From assembly GCF_008831285.2 (NCBI RefSeq), contig NC_045138.2, positions 35,154,001 to 35,218,000 of the forward strand: 64,000 nt of DNA, written 5' to 3'. This stretch comes from Nymphaea colorata. Lineage: Eukaryota. Under the pieces are notes generated by a model. That model ran no database searches, was not told the origin of the DNA, and saw only the letters and a program-made list of their open reading frames with translations. Position numbers and translations under genes: made by a program. Below are positions 11,224 to 24,792 of the stretch, piece after piece; position 1 is the first letter of the stretch, and each line of letters begins with the position of its first letter.

Positions 11224-13049
11224 GTATACATGATATGCATCTTCGACACCGGCTCGTTCACCCGCAATTTTTGCCAGTTCAAATGGGCTCACTTCCATAG
11301 GGTGAAATGTAGGCCCGTAATTAGGAAGATCATTGATCAACAGAGATGATGGGCCCCAGTGACTTGATTTGCTCTGTTCAACAATGAGAGTCGAGAAGAC
11401 TTATACGTATGACGTGCTCCTTAACAAGTTGGGCCCTCCTACGAGAGTGTGCGCTGTTTATATACATCTAGATGAAATATTTTAGTAATCTTAAAAAAAA
11501 AATGTCTTTTATAGTTTCTTAATTTTTCAAGATTTTATATTTGTCTTTGCAAAAGGTCTTCAATGTAAACCGTTATCCATTAACCATACTAACACATGAA
11601 ATTTTGTGCACCACCAATATGACACATCTTGCACCACTCGGCTAAAGCAACCAAAGGGTTTCATGTGTAATAATAGCAGGGAATCAAAGGTTTTCTACGA
11701 GGACAAAGGTCCTCTTCAACACGGAAGGGATCGGTTGACGGTGCTGGACTGGATGGAATAGTTAGTATTGATCCTCCGCTTCTTACCAATAATAAATAGG
11801 GTCACGAGTACTGTAGAAAATCCCACTGCTCTTGTCAATATCCCTGGACGCGCGTACCGGTTGCGGCTCGTTCGATCGGCGGAGAAGCAGCAGGAGAAGC
11901 TTAGGTGGGTGGAGATGAGGAGATCATCCATTATTGGCGACACTAATCAATTATAAGGGACGCTAAATCCGTTCATCATTTCATCTCAATGCCAATTGAA
12001 AAGCTATGCATCTGCTAGCGCGTCTAGTTAAGAATTCGAGGCCGTTATTCTTGATCTCGAACATATATGTTGTTGATTGCGATTGGTCCAACTCCCGACA
12101 AAGCCTTGGAGTAGAGTACCATACTGCAGCCTTAACTACGGTCGCCTCGCCTGTCAACGGATCGAGTTCTCAAACTCAGGGAGCCTCCTCCATTGCTCAC
12201 ATCACGATCCCGTGTTCTTTTCCTTCCACTTTGATGGTGGGATTAAACTTTTCCCCGGCCACTATAGGCCTCGCTTTTATTTTTGTCAACAAGGGTGGCC
12301 TATCATCACCTCAACCCCACTGTGGTTGAGCGTTTCCGTACTGCGACGGCATTGCGTGCTTCATCTGATGCCAACACCCCTCTCCAAGATCTTTAGAAAC
12401 ACATTTTCGTTTCGGGCCTATCTTTTAGTTATAATGTATACCTATTATTCTTTTTTAGTAAGCATCACGCTTTTTATAAGTGAGACTACTAGTTAAAAGC
12501 TCGAGTGAAGGAGCAGAAGTTAAACATCAGCTGCGATCTGTCGTTCAGTTAACGTCTTTTGTTTCTCAAGCTAACACGCGCGAGTTAATTAACTCTGAAA
12601 AGATGCTGCCTAAGACAATTGCAGAAGCAATATATATATATAATTTTACTCAAAGATAAACCGAGAGAAAACAGTTCCTTCAAATCAATCACTCAACAGA
12701 TCTGTCCCAAAAGCAGACAACGGACAAGAGTGTGGGCGATAAAAGCGGTCGGTGCATTTAGCCTTCCATGTGTGCAATAAAAGCTCGATCACAGTGGAGC
12801 TCGTATGTATGGAATCTTGCTGTGTGGTATTGGTATATTAAAAGAGCCTATGGCTTGTGGTTTGCCACCAGTTCCAAAATTCCACATTATAATAAAGTGA
12901 GAAGGCTGGACAAGGTTTGGCAATTGCCCACTCAACAGACAGTACTGAACCCACTGTGTTGTCCAATTCTTTGACTTTTTGTGACAGTGTTTTAAATTAC
13001 CAGCTGGTCCCGCTTGGCTAATCAACCACGAGCTTTGGCCTGGCACAAC

Positions 13050-13056
13050 TATAAAT
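13050..13056 (+). promoter_or_regulatory. Probable TATA box of the PSY precursor gene
   Basis: TATAAAT about 150 bp upstream of the ATG, followed by a CT-rich leader. Confidence 0.5.
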
Positions 13057-13203
13057 GCTCCACCAACTCTCTCCCTCTGCCTCCGTCCATCGCCACCAAA
13101 CGATCGAATTACGAAGGGCTGCAGTTCTTAAACCCTATTCCTCAGGAAGCAGAGCAGACGGAAGGGATCAAGGCGGCACCGCTAACAAACATATATAGCG
13201 CTG

Positions 13204-14990
<1,787 letters not shown>

Positions 14991-15136
14991 GCGGGGAAAG
15001 CTGAACCGCATTACGTGAGATGTCGTATCTGGACCATCCAACTTTACTATGATAGGATGCACGTATCTAGATGAAAGCGCAATGTCTACTGTAATAATTT
15101 TGGATTATTGTATGTAACCAAGTTGGTGAAACCAAG

Positions 15137-15139
<3 letters not shown>

Positions 15140-15190
<51 letters not shown>
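15140..15190. repeat. (AT)n microsatellite downstream of the PSY stop
   Basis: About 50 bp of AT dinucleotide. Confidence 0.95.
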
Positions 15191-15191
<1 letters not shown>

Positions 15192-15929
15192 CCAGGTCGT
15201 TGTGTCCTGCTTTGCTGCCTGCTAAAATGAAGACAATAAACAGGCGATCGTATCCTTTCCTCAGTAAGTTAGAGCCTTGATAGACTTGTGCATGTGGGCA
15301 TGCCTGTGAGTTTGCCGGCAACTGGCGCTTGATGCTGTTAATTGTTATCTGACTCATCGATCTGGAAGTGGATTCGTTGCCTTGGAAGAAACACGTTCAG
15401 TTTTGGACGGAAATCCAATTTAACATGGTTACTTTTCTAGCGCATCCGACTGAGGATGTCTTCTTTCGGTCGGCGCAGAAGAGAAAATGCTCGCATCCAC
15501 ATGTTCTTGTAATTATAAATTTTGAAAACACTGTTGATCATCATGTTCACATGGCATCGCATGGTCGTTTATTACGCACTTGGAACGCAAGACCTCTAAT
15601 TTACTTCGATTTCAGGTCGTCCGCAGGCAGAGTCTCCTCCTATGTATGTCACAAGGCCGACAACCAATACGCTAGAAAACTGAAAGGTCTAGTCGTCCAA
15701 AGCTGCAGGCATAAAAGGAATAGGAAAAAAGAAAAGTTACAACTGCTACAACTTTGTTATTTATAAAAAAGAACTTGTCTAAGCATACAAAAGCACTGAT
15801 ATAAAATTAATGCGTTTGAGTGATGAGATCTGTTGCCCAGAGATCCCGGCGCCTTAAAATGATCCGGGTGTCCCCCCCTCTCCCACACAGTTTTAAGAGG
15901 GTTCTGAGATAAATTAATTAGATGGCTTA

Positions 15930-16130
15930 GTCGTGACTTTGTTTGTACCTCATATTTATGAGGGAAATGTCACAAAGCTACATTTTACAAGACTCGTCCA
16001 CCTTTTCAACATGAAGTGGGTTATATACGTTCTGTCGTGACTTTGTTTGTACCTTATGAGGGAAATGTCTCAAAAGTACATTTTCCAAGACTCGTCCACC
16101 TTTTCAACATAAAGTGGGTTATATACACTG
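15930..16130. repeat. Tandem duplication of a ~100 bp unit
   Basis: GTCGTGACTTTGTTTGTACCT...GACTCGTCCACCTTTTCAACAT(G/A)AAGTGGGTTATATAC at about 15930 and 16034. Confidence 0.9.
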
Positions 16131-18217
16131 TGTCATGTATGGAAGTTTCTTGTGTCAATTTATTTATGAAGAAAAATGCTCTTAATTAATAGAAAAAATG
16201 CTTTTGTAAAGACAAAAAAGAAAACCAAAAAAAGAAAAATTTGGGATTTGATAAAACTAAAACATGTCAATGCATATTGTCATGACCAATATATGTCTCT
16301 GAACGGCAAAAGAAACATCTTCATTTTTTCTATTTTGCTCGTGGTGTTATTTTATGTCCATGTCATTATCTCATACCTTTGCTGTTATCTCATATACATT
16401 CTCAGGTACTCCTACCATTATATCATATTTATTATTTTATAATGATAGAGGTATGAGATAATGAGTATGAGATAACAACATATGTATGATAATGATATAG
16501 GTATGAGATAAAGATGTATGCTAATGATAAGAGTATGAGATAATAACAGGCATATGAAATAATGGCATAATTAAAAATATTAGTTGCACAAATGCAATGT
16601 TAAAACATTAAAGTAAATATGCATATTGGTAGTAGGGTCTACATCCGGTATATGCTTGTTATGTACAAGGAGCGGCATAGAACTTGTTCTTCATTCAATA
16701 TGCACTCATTATTGAAGAAATGAACAATTAGGTTTCGGGCCTACCATCCTTAAACATTAGTTAGGGATACTTGATTCGATGTGGTTTTCTCTTATCAAAA
16801 CTGGTTATATGCACACCAAGGACATGTAATGGCCAAAATCTTTTTTATAAATGAAAAAGAGAAATCTTGAAAAGGATACAAAGGAGATTGTAAAAAAGTA
16901 AAACGTCTAAAAAGCATATTCATGATAAAAAAAATTCCAAAATACCCAATCATTTCTCTTTTTGAAGGATTGCATATTTGTTACATGCACAAATTTATAT
17001 GCTCAAGTAGATCTCCCATTGGGGGGAGATTGTAGAAGTGGGGGTGGGGCGCAGTGTTGGTGGTTTGTCTAACGCCATATTCCCCCCAGGTGACCATGTT
17101 GTGGCTAAAACACCTTATAGCGCTAATATCAACACATCTTTTTGAATGTTTATAGTGATGTCGAGGCCTCCACGGTAAGAAATCCAAACTCATGAATGGT
17201 GACTAATGTGGGCGGACTAAAGATCCTAACTTGGACATCAAACTTCTGACATGATCGTCTTCCCTGAAAAATAGAGATGTACTTTCCCTGACACGAGACA
17301 CTGTCTTCTCACAATTAAAAATTACTACTGTCATGTCTGTCAACGTTGGAACCGCAGATTCCTATTCACTTTCAAGTCCTTCATGATATTTTCTAGAAAA
17401 AATGCTCTGATCTTCCTTTTGCCTTTTTTCCCTCTCTCTCTTACCCCTCAAGATTAGGCAGGCTTGAATTTTGGTTATTCAACCCAAATTTTGTAGTTGT
17501 GCTTACATATGGGGGTTCTTCCTCTTGACTATCTATCTATAGAGTAAGAATTTCTGTTCATAAATCCGATAGACGAGTCTACAAGAACGGTGCAAAAATA
17601 ACCTTATTTAAGCTCAGGCCTCATAGCCTCAACCATACATGTCTTTACAATAAAATTCACCGAACAAGATATGCCTATAATTGATTTAGTGGTTACAAAC
17701 AATTTGTAATGAACTAGCAGCTATTTTAAAACCATTAATATCAGATGAAGATTATGTTTTTTCGCATTATCTTGGGAGCAACCTTGACAGCCATAATTTA
17801 GTAGAAGAGAAATAATGAAGATGGTAACAAAATCCAAGGTCCTTTTCTAACAAAAAGGAAAATATTTTGGAAAATGTCCCAGGTTGGCAAGATCTGAAGG
17901 ATCAAGACTGTTGCTCAAAATGGAAGATTTTCACAAATAGAGCAATAAAGTTACATGATTGGCTAAATCTAGGAACGATAAATTTTCTGTTACAATACAA
18001 AAAGCAGTATGTAAACATCTGTACGTAACTAAATCAAATTTTTGTATAAATCGTGCAGATAATCAAAACTCAGACAACTAAACCTTCAGCCTGTCTAAGC
18101 ACTAGCAAACGTAGGATTTCCATATCTGAAATAGTTAAAAAAAGGTTTCTTGTCCCTTTCAGTATACCTTATTTAATTGGCATCAGGAGGTGTAAACAAC
18201 GGACACATGCAATCCGA

Positions 18218-21200
18218 TGATGGAGATTTCTTCATGCATACACAAAAAAGAATATGCCTTGAAGCAAGATCTCGTTCATGCAACATCACTGAATCAAAAC
18301 TTTAACTGTGGCAGAAGTGTACCTGAATCCATCTGAACAACCGAATGGTGAGATCGCAGCAAGATCTTCCAAGGTCTGTGCAGAGCACGTGTGGTTTCTC
18401 TCAGATGGGGAAGAGACAATCCTAGAAAGCAATGTTTCAACTCTCTTCTTCTCTCTGCATGACCCTATGAACCACTACCTTTTATATTATGAGCAATTTC
18501 AGATTCAACCCATCAAAGAATCTGTAATTGCATACAGGTATTTATACATTATAAAAATACCACATACCATATTAAATGACGTGATATCCCAAAACGCAAT
18601 CACTTAATCGGATATGTACATTAAGATAGCCATAATGTCTCAAATTCATCATTGACATATGTCGACCCACCAAATGATCCTTACAATCTCTCACTTGGGT
18701 CAAATATGTCTTTATATATTCAGACATTACATAAAACCTTAGGAGCTCATAACTGCTATCTTATTAAATGTAATTCTCACTAATCTCGTCCATGATCATA
18801 TCAACACAAAACCAATGCAGCTTTCGCTATATTAAAATTAGCTGAACTTTCAATTATCACAAATGTTGATATAATCAATGACATAAATTTGGTATGGACG
18901 TATAGCATGAAAATTACATGTCATGTGATTACAACATATCTATTCTCAACTGGTCCTACTTTAAAACCTTATGGAGATCAAAAAACAGAAACACAGAATG
19001 AAACAAAAAAACTTTAAACTTTATTTTGCAGAAAACTGAATATGTGTCTATACATAAGAGCAAATAAAATACAAACTCTCACTAAACCAGCACATCATCC
19101 AATGATAAAACCCCCATATGAACAACATGTTCGTGAAAGTCCTTAGGAGTTAAACCTTTAGTAAGTGGATCCACAATCATAGAGTTTATCCCAATAAGCT
19201 CGAAAGACACATGACCATTCTGTATCCTCTCTTTAACAGCCAAGAACTTAATGTCGATGTGCTTTGACTTTGACAAACTGCTGTTGTTGTTAGAGTACAT
19301 GACTGTTGAATTATTATCAAACAATAACCATAGTGGTCTTTCTATACCATTCTTAATACGCAGCCCTATGACAAAATTTCGCAACCACAAAGCATGATTA
19401 GATGCCTCGTAAGATGCTATGAATACTACTGCCATGGTTGAAGTAGCTACTAGTGTTTGTTTGACACTTTTCCATTAGATAGCTCCTCTAACCAATAGAA
19501 ATACATAGCATTAAGTAGACTTTCTACTGTCATGGCACCCAGCAAAGTTAGAATCTGAATACCCAATGATTTCCAACTAGTCTGATTTCTTATATGTGAG
19601 CTTAAAATCTTTTGTTCTTTGTAAGTATCTCAATACTCTTTTGGCTGCTTTTCAATAATCCATACCATGATTACTTAACTATCTGCCTAACATTCAAACG
19701 ATAAATTCAATATCCGGACGAGTGCAAACCTACGTATACATAAGGCTTCCCACAACAGATGAATAGGGAATCCTTTCCATTTCTTTATATTTGAGTTCAC
19801 TTTTAGGGTACTGTTTAATACTAAACTTGTCTCCTTTAGCAACTGGAGTATTTCGTGGTTTGCAATCTTTCATGTCATATCGTTGGAGCACCTTATCATT
19901 GTAGGTCTTTTGTGATAATCCAAGAATATCCTGAGAACAATCTTGAAATATCTGAATCTTTAATACAAAAGATCATCACCAAGATCCTTCATGTCAAACT
20001 TTGTTGACAAAAATTTCTTAGTTTCATGCAATATACCCACATCATTACTTGCCAGTAGTATATCATCGACATATAAAACCAGAAAAATAAATTTACTTTC
20101 ATTGAACTTTTGATATACACATTCATCAACCATATTAGTTTCAAAACCAAATGAAACTATAACTTGATGAAATTTGTAATATCACTGATGGAAAGCTTGC
20201 TTTAGTCCATGAATGGATTTCTTGAGTTTGCAGACCATTTTCTTTGCATCTTCTAAAACAAAGTTTTCTGGTTGCACCATATATATCGTTTCATCATTGT
20301 GTCCATTTAAAAACGTTGTCTTTACATCCATCTGATGCAGCTCTAAGTCAAAATAAGCCACAAGTGTCATAATGGTCATGAAAGAATCTTTTGACGAAAC
20401 TGAAGAGAAAGTATCTGTATAATCAATGTCTTCCTTTTGAGTAAAGCCCTTTGCGACAAGACGTGTCTTATACTTTTCGATGTTTCGTAATGAATCCATT
20501 TTGGTTTTAAATATATATTTACAACCAATGAGTTTCACATTTTCAGGCAAGGGAACAACGTCTCATACGTCATTATCCATCATGGACTTTATTTCCTCAT
20601 TCATGGCATCTATCTACTTATGAGATTTAAAACTCTTTTTCGTTTGCTGGAGGTTAATAGGATCATCCTCCATGAAGCCTATATCAACATAATATTATTA
20701 TAGATAGACAAAATCATTTGAAATTATGTTTCTCCCCTCTCTAGTGGATCTCCTCATTGGCACCTCTACTTGATTTTCTTAAGATTGTTGAGTTTGTTTT
20801 TCAGTGGTTTGAATATGGAGACCATCATCATTGCCTTCTTCTGAATATGTTGATGGAACAATGGCAGGAATGAAGACCTGACTATTGCTTACAACATCTG
20901 TATGAGTAGACTCAGGTCCTTCTTCAAAGGCAATGCGTCTAACCTCATCACCTCTCATAAACTAAATATTCTCAAATAAGTGGGTATTTCCCGTTTCAAA
21001 AAAAGACTTTCTGGTTGCATTATAAAACTTATAACTCCTTAATGTTTGTTGGTTTTCCCTTTATACAATCAATGCAAGCATTAAAGTCTACACAATCAAG
21101 GGATTCAAGAATTCCATTCAACATAAGCCTTTTGATCCTCCTTTTAGAGATATGTCCTAAGCGTTTATGCCACAACATAGCAGAATTCTCATTTGTTAAT

Positions 21201-24200
21201 TTTCTTTTAGTACCACCAGACGTAACATATAAGGTTTCATGATATGAAACAACTGTATCAAGCAAATAGAAGTTATCGCTACCTGACAAATTAAATACTG
21301 GTTGTTTAGTGAGGAAATAAAAATCAAAGTATGTCTAAAAGACGGTACTACATAAGTTTCTGTCAAATTTAAATAACAACCAGTATTTAACAATAACCAA
21401 AAATCTGCTATGGTTTCATCCTTCACCTTTTTGTCATCGCCCACATAGATGAATCTTTCAGAATCATTTGGTGTTCGACAATTTAGGCAGCTATTTCTTT
21501 TCACGTCATGCGTAATACTTGGTACAATCCTTTTTTATATGACCTTCACCCTTGCAAAAGAAGCAGCTTTATTTGCCTTTCTTATGTTTTTTCTGTTTCT
21601 TGATAGATGAATTGTCAACTGCAACATTCTTAATAGTCTTTCTTTTCTTACTTTTAAGCGTAGTAACCAAGTGAGCACTTTCTATCTTATCATGCTTCAA
21701 TCTCTCCTTCTCTTATATACAGTGCGAAATGAGCTCATTAACAATCTATTTCTCCTTCTGACAATTGTAACTAATTTTAAACTGTCTATATTGTGGTGGA
21801 AGAGAAAGGAGAACCATATGCACTATAAAGTCTTTAGGTAATTTCAGACCTAGTGCCTGTAGTTTTCAAGAAAGATGAGACATTTCCATAATGTGCTTTT
21901 GTATGTTCCCCTTGCCTTTATATTTCAGTGTGACAAGTTTACTAAAAAAAGTACTTGTTTCAGCCTTTTCATTTTTAGCAAAATGCTTTTCAATTTCTTC
22001 GAGGATTTCAGTAATTGAACCCCTAAAGTTTTCTGGGATTGATTTCTTCATGATCATTAGACACATGCGGTTTGAACGATCCCACCTTCCAAAGTTCCAC
22101 TTATCCTCATAGGAACTTTCATCTGATAACTCAGGTGGGGACGACTCCCTAAATGCAAGGTCTAAATCCATGCAACCCATAACAATAATAACAGTTTCTT
22201 TCCAATCCTTAAAATTCGAACCATTTAAATCAGGAATAGTATTCAAATTTACAGATATCATGGAAGCAGAACTCACTGTACAAAGAACAAAAATAGCAAA
22301 TATGCTCACAATCAATACATGTACATGAATGAAATAACAAATATAAATGAATTTAAATACAATGGTCTAAATCTCATCACAAGGTACCAGTGCAACATTA
22401 ATATCCAATCTTTGGATTGAAATATTAACTGCAAGTGGTATTCTTGGTCAACAATGAATATAGATAATTAGTCCTATCAAATAACGAGTCCATTTTTTGA
22501 TTGACTCGCTATTTACATGGAAACCTGAAAATTATCACATATTCATTGCCATGTATACTTAAACTTAACTAAGCAACAATCCTCCTTTGGGTTGATCATC
22601 ACCCGCATGGATTAAGTATACTATCATCTAATCTTCGAAACAGACAAATTCCTACAACAGAGGTCACTTTGACGTCATAAAGTATAAATCTACTCATTTT
22701 GAACAATAGACCTGACCAAAGATCAAATTCATAGTCTAAATATTCATCTAAGATACACCCACAATTTTAATAACATACAAAACATGATACATATATTAAA
22801 ATTTACACATAAAATTGCATTATATTGAATCCAAAAGTAAATGATTCAATGAAATAGGTCCAAAAGAGTTCAAGATTGCATAAACTGATACCATGATTGT
22901 GCTTAAGTGGGTCAAGAACCACTGAATCGGCCTTAAAATCGCTTGTATCGTTCTTAAACCGCAACTAAAACACCCACATGGCCCTAAATAGGGCTGAACC
23001 GGTTTAAAAATTGGATGAACCAGTTAAAAAATAGACCAAATCGGTTTCAAAACCCACTAAACAAGTTGAAAAATGGCTAAAATCGGTACCAAAACTGAAT
23101 GAACCAGCCCGAAAAAGCTCTGAATCAGTTTCAAAATCAACTGAACCGATCTGAAAAGGGTCTGAATCGGTAAGAACCGTTTTAAAATTGAACTGAATAG
23201 GCTCAGAAAAGCACGAACCGGTTCTGAATTGAATTGAATCGGTCTTAAACCGAATGAACCGGTTCGATTCTCTTCAGAACCGGTTTGACAAAAAAACAGT
23301 ATTTTTTCAAAATTTAAACCGTATGGATACAGGTCGGGCCCGACATGACCCGACCCGGATCTGGAATTCTTAACGCAAGTGGTAGGGGTAAATTTTTTAA
23401 AAAAAAATTAGTATGGATCCGGGTCGGGTGTGATATGATCCGACCCGAGTCCGACCGCTTACTTATGGATCCGGGTCGGGTCGGGTCTGTCATGACCCGA
23501 CCCGGGTCCGACCGCTACCGCGCGAGCAGTTTCACCGATCGCTTTTATTTATGATTCATATGGATCCGGGTCGAGACCCGGGTCCGATCGATACCACGTG
23601 AGCTGTTTTCGGCAGCGGAATCGCTGCTCGATCTGCCAAACACTAAATGGCAGATCGAGCGGCGAAAAGGAAACCCTCCGGCAGGCCTCCCAACTGTGTG
23701 GGTGGGTGCCGGGGGGTCGCACGGCACCGTCTGGCAACATCGAAATCGCCGAATGTGCAGATGCGAAAATGGGCACTTGAGAGAGACGAAGCCCTTTGTC
23801 CTGCTCCTTCAAAAATCGAAGGCTACCAGGATCTGCGGTCGCCTCCCGCCCTTCCTGCCATAACGGCCTGCCGTCGCCCCTCCCTCTTGGTCCTTCTGCG
23901 GCTGCAACAAAGGTGAGGAAGAACGGCCAGCCATCGGCTGCCTCCCCTCCTTCCTCTTCTTCTTTTAGGGTTGCAACAGAAGCCCAACGGCTTCCATTGC
24001 ATCGCCCCTTCCTCTGCACGCCTCATGGTGGGTGCCAGCGGGTCATCTCACAACGGCCGGTCGTCCTCCGCCAGGACGGTGGAAGCCGGCAGTCGCCCAC
24101 ATGGCTTTCCTTCCTACCTCACGGTCTTATCAACGGTGACTTCCACTGTTTCCTCAGCAACCCAAGAAACAACATGAGGGGTAGAGGGCGTGCAGTAGAA

Positions 24201-24792
24201 AATGGGAAAGGGCGCGGCCCGACGAGAGAGTAAACACACAAATTCATCCAAAAATTGTGCGGATGCAACAATAATTAACCCAAATATTCAATGATTCAAC
24301 AATGAACCTTGCTCTGATACCAATTGGTGGAGATTTCCTCATGCATACACAAAAACAAATATGCCCTGAAGCAGTATCTTGTTCATGCTAAATCACTGAA
24401 TCAAAAGTTTAACTGTAGCGGAAGTGTGCCTGAATCCATCTGAACAACCGGATGGTGAGATTACAGTAGGATTTTTCAGGGTCTGTGCGGAGCACGTGCG
24501 GTTTCTCTCAGATGGGGAAGAGACAACTTTAGAAAGCGATGTTTCAACTCTCTTCTTCTCTCTGCACGTCCCCAGGGACCACTACCTTTTATATTATGAC
24601 CAATTTCGGATTCAACCCATCAAAGAATCCGTAATTGCATATAGGTATCTATACATTATAAAAATACTTCATACCATATTAAATGACGTGATATCCCAAA
24701 ATGCAATCACTTAATTGGATATGTACATTAAGATAGTCATAATGTCTGAAATTCCTCATTGACATATGCCGACCCACCAAATGATCCTTACA
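18218..24792 (-). mobile_element. Full-length but degenerate Ty1/copia LTR retrotransposon
   Basis: Two 468-bp LTRs (18218-18685 and 24325-24792, TG...CA), perfect 5-bp TSD TCCGA (18213-18217, 24793-24797), tRNA-iMet PBS TGGTATCAGAGC (minus strand, 24322-24311) and a PPT next to 18686. Domain order is gag, pre-integrase, RT, RNase H. Confidence 0.95.
19082..22315 (-). pseudogene. Copia gag-pol polyprotein, disrupted by many stops, frameshifts and deletions
   Basis: gag (LNGSNFKDWKE, WDRSNRMCLMIMK), zinc knuckle CFFCKGEGHIKKDC at about 21565-21525, GAG-pre-integrase LWHKRLGHIS, RT (RLVAKGFTQKE, ELHQMDVKTTFLNG, YVDDI), RNase H (KSKHIDIKF, DPLTKGL). Confidence 0.9.

Noticed and set aside
8490..13000. 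miRNA, tRNA or snoRNA genes in the long intergenic stretch (e.g. tRNA-like words near 9165-9190)
   Set aside because: I found no conserved plant miRNA sequence, no cloverleaf and no complete A/B box pair by eye; a covariance-model search is needed to exclude them fully.
16620..17260. Plus-strand PPT/LTR start GGGGGGAGATTGTAG near 17021
   Set aside because: No matching LTR end, TSD or recognisable pol sequence upstream.
23345..24714. Many overlapping ORFs in the copia leader and the paired ORFs at 18308 and 24424
   Set aside because: GC-rich non-coding leader and LTR sequence; the pair merely reflects the two LTRs.
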